32,000 nt of DNA from Methylorubrum extorquens (lineage in GTDB: Bacteria; Pseudomonadota; Alphaproteobacteria; Rhizobiales; Beijerinckiaceae), in NCBI GenBank assembly GCA_900234795.1, contig LT962688.1, positions 1,260,001-1,292,000 on the forward strand. The letters are read 5' to 3'. Each line of letters starts with the position of its first letter. Position 1 is the first letter of the stretch. The notes beneath the pieces were generated by a model. That model was not told the origin of the DNA and ran no database searches. It was given only the letters and a program-made list of their open reading frames with translations. A program made the translations under genes and the position numbers. Below are positions 8,711-14,189 of this stretch, piece by piece.

Positions 8711-9691
8711 CTACGAAGTCAGCACGGTCGGAGCGGTGGCGGCAGGCAGCACCGCCACACCGCGCATCCGCGCGAACATTCTCTCGCTCCAAGGCCCCAG
8801 TTGCCCGGCGAGGTGGAAGGAAATCGCAGCGACGAGCAAGCCCGCGACGCAGTCGCAGGCGTAGTGAGCACCATGTGTCACGGCCGAAACCGTCATCACG
8901 GCGTTCAGGAGGAGCACGACCCAGCGCAAGCGCTGCAACGGCCAGATCGCAGCCGTCACAAGGTAGGCCACAGCGCAGTGAAGTGACGGAAAGGAGATCA
9001 GCGGCCCGACTTCGTTCAGTGGCAGGGCGCGCATCGTGCCGTCCCGCAACGCATGCAGATCCACGAGCGGCGTCGCGCCCTGGAAGAGCAGATGCGCCTC
9101 GTCCGGCCCGAGGAGGCCTGCCGCGCCCTCTGCCGGCAACACGGCGCTGATGATGGTCGTCATCGTCACGCAGAGGATGAAGGACGATACGAAACGATCG
9201 GAGCGACGCACTTCGCCGAGAGCCGCGAGAAGGACGGGCGTAAGGCCGAGTTGCAGGAAGAATGTCTCGTAGGCTCGACTCAGGATCTCCATCAAACCCC
9301 GTCGCTCGACCATGGAGGTCTGGAACGTCAGCCAATCGAAGCCGAAGGCGCGATCAATTCCGATGAACCAGTCGTCGCGCAGCGGCAGGCCGAAGGCTTG
9401 AACGCCGTAGGCGAGAGCGCTGGTCGTGGGCAGCTGTATGATCAAGACGGCCAGCAGAGCCAGTACCGCGCCGAAGCGACGGCGAGAGATCGGGCGGGTG
9501 TTGAAGTAGACAGCTCCAGCCAGCATCGAGAGCGGAGCAAGCCATTGCACAATGGAGGTGTGAAGCCAGACGTCCGTCAGACTCTGAACGCACATGGCAG
9601 CCGCGACCGACAGGAGCAGCAGGCCGTAGGTCGATGGTGACGGGCCGGCGGCATCCGCCGCCCTGGTCGGAAAGGTGCGCAGGAAAGGCAT
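8711..9691 (-). CDS. PAP2-superfamily (PAP2_3 / Aur1-IPC-synthase-like) polytopic membrane protein
   Basis: ORF 8711-9754, with the likely start at ATG 9691 (MPFLRTF). It has multiple hydrophobic segments and the PAP2 C2/C3-type motifs SFPSLH and HGAHYACDCVAG. There are noticeably more A/T-ending codons than in neighbouring genes. Confidence 0.7.
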   Translation of the reverse strand: MPFLRTFPTRAADAAGPSPSTYGLLLLSVAAAMCVQSLTDVWLHTSIVQWLAPLSMLAGAVYFNTRPISRRRFGAVLALLAVLIIQLPTTSALAYGVQAFGLPLRDDWFIGIDRAFGFDWLTFQTSMVERRGLMEILSRAYETFFLQLGLTPVLLAALGEVRRSDRFVSSFILCVTMTTIISAVLPAEGAAGLLGPDEAHLLFQGATPLVDLHALRDGTMRALPLNEVGPLISFPSLHCAVAYLVTAAIWPLQRLRWVVLLLNAVMTVSAVTHGAHYACDCVAGLLVAAISFHLAGQLGPWSERMFARMRGVAVLPAATAPTVLTS

Positions 9692-9884
9692 GGAACGCTC
9701 GCTCGCAGGAGGCCGAAGCTTCCCGCATGAGCTGTTTCCATCAAATGAAGACAACCTGTCCGTTTATGACGTTTCCGAAGCCCGCCCCTCATCCGGAGGG
9801 ACCGCCTCACCGTGTCCGTGTGCGACACGCGGGAGACGTGGCTTGCCGTCTTGCCCGCGACTGCCGGCGAGCAGCCCGCTCCCC

Positions 9885-10169
9885 TCACGGCTTCTCGGCG
9901 AACTGTGCCTCGTACTCGGCGTTCTGCGCCGCGCGCGCCTGCTCGATCTTGCGCAGGGTGAGGAAGCGGACGATGTCGAACTCGACGTCGCGGATCGTCT
10001 CCTCGATCAGGTGGCGCTGGAGCAGGATGCGGGGATCGTCACCGGCCAGGCCCTCGCGGTCCTGGAGCCGCTGCACCGCTTGGCGAACCACGGTGTAGAC
10101 CTGATCGCGCTCCTCCCGACTCATGGACGGACTGACGGCGCGCGCGATGAGATCGGTGAAATCCGCCAT
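9885..10169 (-). CDS. Hypothetical 94-aa protein
   Basis: The clean ORF has host-like GC3-rich codon usage: MADFTDLIARAVSPSMSREERDQVYTVVRQAVQRLQDREGL...AEYEAQFAEKP. I recognise no domain and see no clear SD. Confidence 0.5.
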   Translation of the reverse strand: MADFTDLIARAVSPSMSREERDQVYTVVRQAVQRLQDREGLAGDDPRILLQRHLIEETIRDVEFDIVRFLTLRKIEQARAAQNAEYEAQFAEKP

Positions 10170-10323
10170 GGAAACCGTTCGATGAAAGCCGTTCGCTGAA
10201 AGTCGTTTGTCTGGCGCCGCTTAGAGTGCATTCCGACGGAGGGGAAGCCGGTCCGTCGAAAGAATGCGGGTTCAATCAAAGGCCTGGAGACGCCGGCCTG
10301 ATGCAAGGGGGTCGGATACGGCT

Positions 10324-11670
10324 CTAGAGCCGGTTGTCGTTGACCGCTGCGGTCACGAGAGAGACCGAACTCCACAGTACGGTGAAGCAGAACAGGGCCG
10401 CGAACAGGGCGTAGAACGGGGCCGGGTATTCCGAATAGGTCGGCAGCAGGGGCGGCACGAAGGTGGCCAGATAGATCTGCTGCTTGGCCGCCGCGACCCG
10501 GGCGCGGTCGAGGATCATCTGCATCGAGGCGTTGAGCTTCTCCGCCACCGTCTGCTCGACCATCAGGCCCTCGTATTCGAGCAGGGCCTGGGTGAGGTTG
10601 TGCTCGGAATTCGAGACGATGCCGTCGGTGGTGAGGCGGCCCTGCAGATCCTTGATCTGCCCGTCCAGCGCGCCGAGGGTGGCCACGAGCACCTGGATGC
10701 CACGGCTCTTCTCGTCGAGCTTGGAGTCGCGCAGCACGCGCAGGTCGTTCTCCGCCTTGATCTTGTCCTTGCGCAGGAGCTCGATCGTGGTCACGGCCGC
10801 CTCGGCCGACTTCACCGGATCGATGATGCCCCAGCGGTTGCGGAACTCCTGCATCGCGACCCGCGCCTGCTTGAGCCGCTCGAACGACTGCTCGACCTCC
10901 TTCTTCGCATTGGCGATCATGTCGCTCTGGGCGCGGCGCGAGATGCTGTTGATCAAGGTCTCGGAGCGGGCGATCACCTCTTCCGAGATCGCGACCGCGT
11001 CTTCGGGCTTGAAGGCGCGCACCTTCAGGTGGATCACGCCGGAAATCGCATCGATGTGCGGGATCACCTGCCGGCGCCAGTAGCGCACCAGCTTCTCGAT
11101 CGGCTGACCCGCGCCGTAGCCGGCCCAGAAATCGATCCCGTCCTGCGAGAACATCCGTTCGAGGCCGAGCTTGGCATCGACGGCCTCCACCATCGGCCGG
11201 CTGCCGATGTAGTCGCGCAGGATGAAGCTGTCCTGGCTGTTGTGCTTCTGGATCAGGTCGCTGTGCAGGCCGAGTTCGGCGCTGGCCATCGGCTCGACGT
11301 TGCCGCGCACGGCGAACTGCGACACGACGATGTATTGCGGACTGGCGATCGCGAAGACGTAGAGGCCGACCACCGCGGTCGGCGCCAGCGCGAACAGGCA
11401 GTAGCTGCGGAACAGTCGCTTGGCCATCCGCTCGGGCGGACGCGCCTGCCGCGGCCGCAGACCGGGCAGCCGGGTCCATTCGAGGCCGCGTCGTGCCCGC
11501 TCGACCAGCGCCCGACCGGGGAAGCGGCCCTTGCCCGGGGAGACCGGCTCGATCGTCTCGGCGTTGCGCCGCAGATCCGGCACGGAGCGCCGGGCAAGAT
11601 CCATGAGCGATTGAACGCTCGGGCTCGGCCGGACCCGCGTCGCCTGCTTGACCTCGTCGTCGGAACTCAT
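10324..11670 (-). CDS. KpsE/CtrB-like capsule polysaccharide export inner-membrane protein (PCP-3 type)
   Basis: ORF 10324-11925. The preferred start is ATG 11670 (MSSDDEV), with GAGGA about 10 nt upstream. It has an N-terminal TM (LFALAPTAVVGLYVFAIA), SPQY..SQFAV, a long coiled-coil periplasmic region, and a C-terminal TM (FYALFAALFCFTVLWSSVSLV), as in KpsE/RkpR-type proteins. Confidence 0.7.
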   Translation of the reverse strand: MSSDDEVKQATRVRPSPSVQSLMDLARRSVPDLRRNAETIEPVSPGKGRFPGRALVERARRGLEWTRLPGLRPRQARPPERMAKRLFRSYCLFALAPTAVVGLYVFAIASPQYIVVSQFAVRGNVEPMASAELGLHSDLIQKHNSQDSFILRDYIGSRPMVEAVDAKLGLERMFSQDGIDFWAGYGAGQPIEKLVRYWRRQVIPHIDAISGVIHLKVRAFKPEDAVAISEEVIARSETLINSISRRAQSDMIANAKKEVEQSFERLKQARVAMQEFRNRWGIIDPVKSAEAAVTTIELLRKDKIKAENDLRVLRDSKLDEKSRGIQVLVATLGALDGQIKDLQGRLTTDGIVSNSEHNLTQALLEYEGLMVEQTVAEKLNASMQMILDRARVAAAKQQIYLATFVPPLLPTYSEYPAPFYALFAALFCFTVLWSSVSLVTAAVNDNRL

Positions 11671-11970
11671 CGAATGGGGGTCCTCACGGATCCGCGGCCG
11701 GAGCACGCCCGCACGAGGGGCCTTGCGCCTGGCCACGCGCGATACGCTCGGACCAGACGCTTCGGCAAGCTCGGGGCGGCATCCTGTCTGGTGGCTCAGG
11801 TCACGTTCTTTTCGGCCCTTTTTAAGGCGCGGCGATCCGCCGGGATTGCGCCCCGGGCAGGGGGACTGCGATACCGCCCCCGGAACGGAGTGCGGCCCGA
11901 ATCGAAGGGCCGGACGGGGGGACATGTGGGACGGCGGCAGGATCCGGGCGGGGCGGTCCGAGAGGATGAG

Positions 11971-12015
11971 GTCGAATCGGACCGGGTTGAATCGGCTCGG
12001 GTCGAGACGACCAAG
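11971..12015 (+). repeat. Three tandem 15-nt units in the divergent region between the kpsE-like and ferredoxin-like genes
   Basis: GTCGAATCGGACCGG (11971-11985), GTTGAATCGGCTCGG (11986-12000, 12/15 identical) and GTCGAGACGACCAAG (12001-12015, 9/15). They end exactly at the candidate GTG start at 12016. If translated they read VESDR-VESAR-VETTK. Confidence 0.6.
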
Positions 12016-12405
12016 GTGAGGACGGCCAAGGCGGGCTTCACGGACCTCGTGCTGGTCTGCCGCAAATGCGCCAAGCGCCAGGGCGTGGACCGCAAGCAGC
12101 TCGGCCGTGCCGTCAAGCGGGCGTTCCGGCAGGGCGCGCGCGAAGCCGCCGGCAAGGGCGCCGGCAAGGTCCGGGTGCTGGAGACGGGCTGTCTCGGGCC
12201 CTGCCCCAAGCGGATGCTGACGCTGGCCACACCGGACTCCCTGGCGCGCCGCCGCGTCATCCTCGTCGATCCGGCGCTCGATGCCATCGGCCCCGCGGCC
12301 CTCACCCTCGCCGCAGTGGTACCGCCCCCGGCCGCACCGGCCGTGGTGTTCACAGCGTCCAAGACGCGCCCGGCAGCCCCGGCCGATGGAGCCGGCAATG
12401 GTTGA
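12016..12405 (+). CDS. Putative thioredoxin-like [2Fe-2S] ferredoxin-domain protein
   Basis: Only the last ~130 codons of the 713-aa ORF 10264-12405 are kept, because the rest is antisense to the kpsE-like gene. The Cys pattern VCRKCAKRQG...ETGCLGPCPK resembles the CxxC...CLGxC motif of thioredoxin-like ferredoxins. GC3-rich codon usage. Start uncertain (GTG 12016 or GTG 11926). Confidence 0.45.
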   Translation: MRTAKAGFTDLVLVCRKCAKRQGVDRKQLGRAVKRAFRQGAREAAGKGAGKVRVLETGCLGPCPKRMLTLATPDSLARRRVILVDPALDAIGPAALTLAAVVPPPAAPAVVFTASKTRPAAPADGAGNG

Positions 12406-13558
12406 GGCACCCGCTCGCCGTGGGGATCAGCGCGAAAACCCCTCCGCGGACCTACCCGCCGAACAGCCGCGACCGGGGCGTCTCCTGCGCGGGCTGCTGC
12501 GCCGGTTGCCGCTCGTCGGCACCCTGGTCGGGCTGGGGCTGGGCGTCTGGCTCGTCGCCACCAACGACCTTGCGGCGATCGGTGCGGCCTTCGGGCGGAT
12601 CGGTCCGGCGGGGCTGGCCGCCATCGTCGGGGTGCGGGCCGTCATCGTGTTGCTGTGTGGGCTCGCCTGGGCGCGGGTGCTGCGCGGCATCCCGCCGTCG
12701 GGACGTCACGCCCATCCCGCGAAGGCCGCCGAGCCCCCTGTCGAGACCGGCGCCTTCGTGATCCTGCGCTTCGTGCGCGAGGGCGTGAACGTGCTCCTGC
12801 CGGTCGCCTCGGTGGGCGGCGAGGTGGTGGGCGGCCGCCTACTGACCTTCTGGGGCGTCGCGGGCAGCCTCGCGGCCGCCTCGCTGCTGGCCGACATGCT
12901 GATCCAGGTCGCGACGCAGGTGGCCTTCACCGGGCTCGGTGCCGGCCTGCTCTGGCGGCTGCCGGGGGAGGCCGCCGCCGTGCTCGCGTGGTGGACTACG
13001 CAGGCCGCCGTGGTGGCGGTGGCGGCGGTCGCCGCCTTCTTCGCCTTGCAGACGCTCGGCGCGGCGCGGGGGCTGGAGCGGCGCCTCGCCGCCCTCGGGC
13101 GCCGCTTCCTGCGCTCGGCGGCCCCGGAGGGGGCGAAACCGGAGGCAAGCGCGGCAGGCATCCTCTCCGTGCAGGAGGCCCTCGATGTGGTCTGGGCCCG
13201 CGAGCGCCGCGGGCCGATCGCTCAATCGGTCGCCCTGCACGCCGTGGCCTGGGGGCTCGGCGCGGCCGAGATCTGGATCGTGCTCGCCTGCATCGGAGTC
13301 GAGGTGAGCCTGACCGAGGTGTTGGTGCTGGAATCGCTCTCGCAGGCGATCAAGTCGGCGGCCTTCGCCGTCCCGAGCGGGCTCGGCGTGCAGGAGGGCG
13401 GCTTCGTCGTGGTGGGCGCCCTGTTCGGGCTCGATGCGGGCACCGCCATCGCCCTGTCGCTCGCCAAGCGCGTACCCGACGTGGCGCTGGGCCTGCCCTC
13501 GCTGATCGTCTGGCAGACCCTGGAAGCCAAGCGGGCGCAGGTGCTGCCGCCACGCTGA
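12398..13558 (+). CDS. Flippase-like / LPG-synthase-TM (UPF0104, HpnL-like) integral membrane protein
   Basis: ORF 12281-13558. ATG 12398 overlaps the upstream stop (ATGGTTGA). The protein has roughly eight hydrophobic segments. Motifs LRFVREGVNVLLPVASVGGEVVGGRLL and PSGLGVQEGGFVV resemble the PF03706-type family. Confidence 0.6.
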   Translation: MVEAPARRGDQRENPSADLPAEQPRPGRLLRGLLRRLPLVGTLVGLGLGVWLVATNDLAAIGAAFGRIGPAGLAAIVGVRAVIVLLCGLAWARVLRGIPPSGRHAHPAKAAEPPVETGAFVILRFVREGVNVLLPVASVGGEVVGGRLLTFWGVAGSLAAASLLADMLIQVATQVAFTGLGAGLLWRLPGEAAAVLAWWTTQAAVVAVAAVAAFFALQTLGAARGLERRLAALGRRFLRSAAPEGAKPEASAAGILSVQEALDVVWARERRGPIAQSVALHAVAWGLGAAEIWIVLACIGVEVSLTEVLVLESLSQAIKSAAFAVPSGLGVQEGGFVVVGALFGLDAGTAIALSLAKRVPDVALGLPSLIVWQTLEAKRAQVLPPR

Positions 13559-13592
13559 GTTTCGGGTTTCGAAAGGACGAGTCCTTGTCATA

Positions 13593-13619
13593 GGGTCCAG
13601 GGCAGAGCCCTGGAAGCGG
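13593..13619. repeat. REP-like palindromic element, copy 1 (likely bidirectional terminator)
   Basis: GGGTCCAGGGCAGAGCCCTGGAAGCGG contains an 8-bp stem TCCAGGGC/GCCCTGGA with loop AGA. The 22-nt stretch GGGTCCAGGGCAGAGCCCTGGA+A is identical to 30186-30207. It lies between the convergent stops at 13558 (+) and 13625 (-). Confidence 0.75.
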
Positions 13620-13624
13620 GCGAT

Positions 13625-14182
13625 TCAGCCCTCGCCCGAGACGAGCCACCCACGCATCGCCTCGAACGTCGCGACGCCGGCGGCGAAGGCGGCGGCGGCC
13701 TCCGCTTCCGGCAGCCCGTCCAGCCGCTCGCGGAATTCCCGCCAAAGCGGCCCGGTCGCGCGGCCGCGGCCGGCATAATAGGCCAGCGGCACGCCCTCCC
13801 CGTGCAGGCGGGCGACGTGACGGCCGATGACGGCCCCGCCCAGCGTCGAGCCCTCCAGCACGTAGAGCGCACCCAAAGCCGCGCCCGCCCCGTCGAGGCG
13901 GGGCACGGCAGGCGCCGGCACGGTGTCGGGTGCCGCGCGATCGAGGGCGTGCAGATCCGCATCGAGGGCCGGGAGCCGCCGGCGCGGATCGAAGAAGGCT
14001 GCGTCCGCGAGCGCGGCCGCGATCGCCGGCTCGTAGACGGCGTGGAAGCCGCGCAGGCGGACCAGCAGAGCCCGATAGCCGGGCAGCGTCGCCACGCGCG
14101 CCTCCCAATCGAGGTCGCGCTCCAGCGCCTCATGCGCCGCTTGCGTGGCGTCCCGCAGGCGGGCGTGCAGGCTGTCGATCAA
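13625..14182 (-). CDS. bphO: Biliverdin-producing heme oxygenase (BphO type)
   Basis: ORF 13625-14266. It has the heme oxygenase signature ALYVLEGSTLGG and the N-terminal helix LHARLRDATQAAHEALE. It lies immediately downstream of bphP. Start uncertain: TTG 14182 (7 nt after the bphP stop) or GTG 14215 (overlapping bphP). Confidence 0.8.
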   Translation of the reverse strand: MIDSLHARLRDATQAAHEALERDLDWEARVATLPGYRALLVRLRGFHAVYEPAIAAALADAAFFDPRRRLPALDADLHALDRAAPDTVPAPAVPRLDGAGAALGALYVLEGSTLGGAVIGRHVARLHGEGVPLAYYAGRGRATGPLWREFRERLDGLPEAEAAAAFAAGVATFEAMRGWLVSGEG

Positions 14183-14189
14183 GTGGGGC

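Noticed and set aside
11671-11925. 85-codon N-terminal extension of the KpsE-like ORF
   Set aside because: The extension is Pro/Arg/Gly-rich. The internal ATG at 11670 has a GAGGA ribosome-binding site, and the product from there already has a long cytoplasmic N-terminus before the first TM.
10264-12015. First ~580 codons of the 713-aa plus-strand ORF
   Set aside because: This part is antisense to the KpsE-like gene and lacks features. Only the 3' terminal ~130 codons (CxxC...CLGPC protein) lie in otherwise unoccupied DNA with good codon bias.
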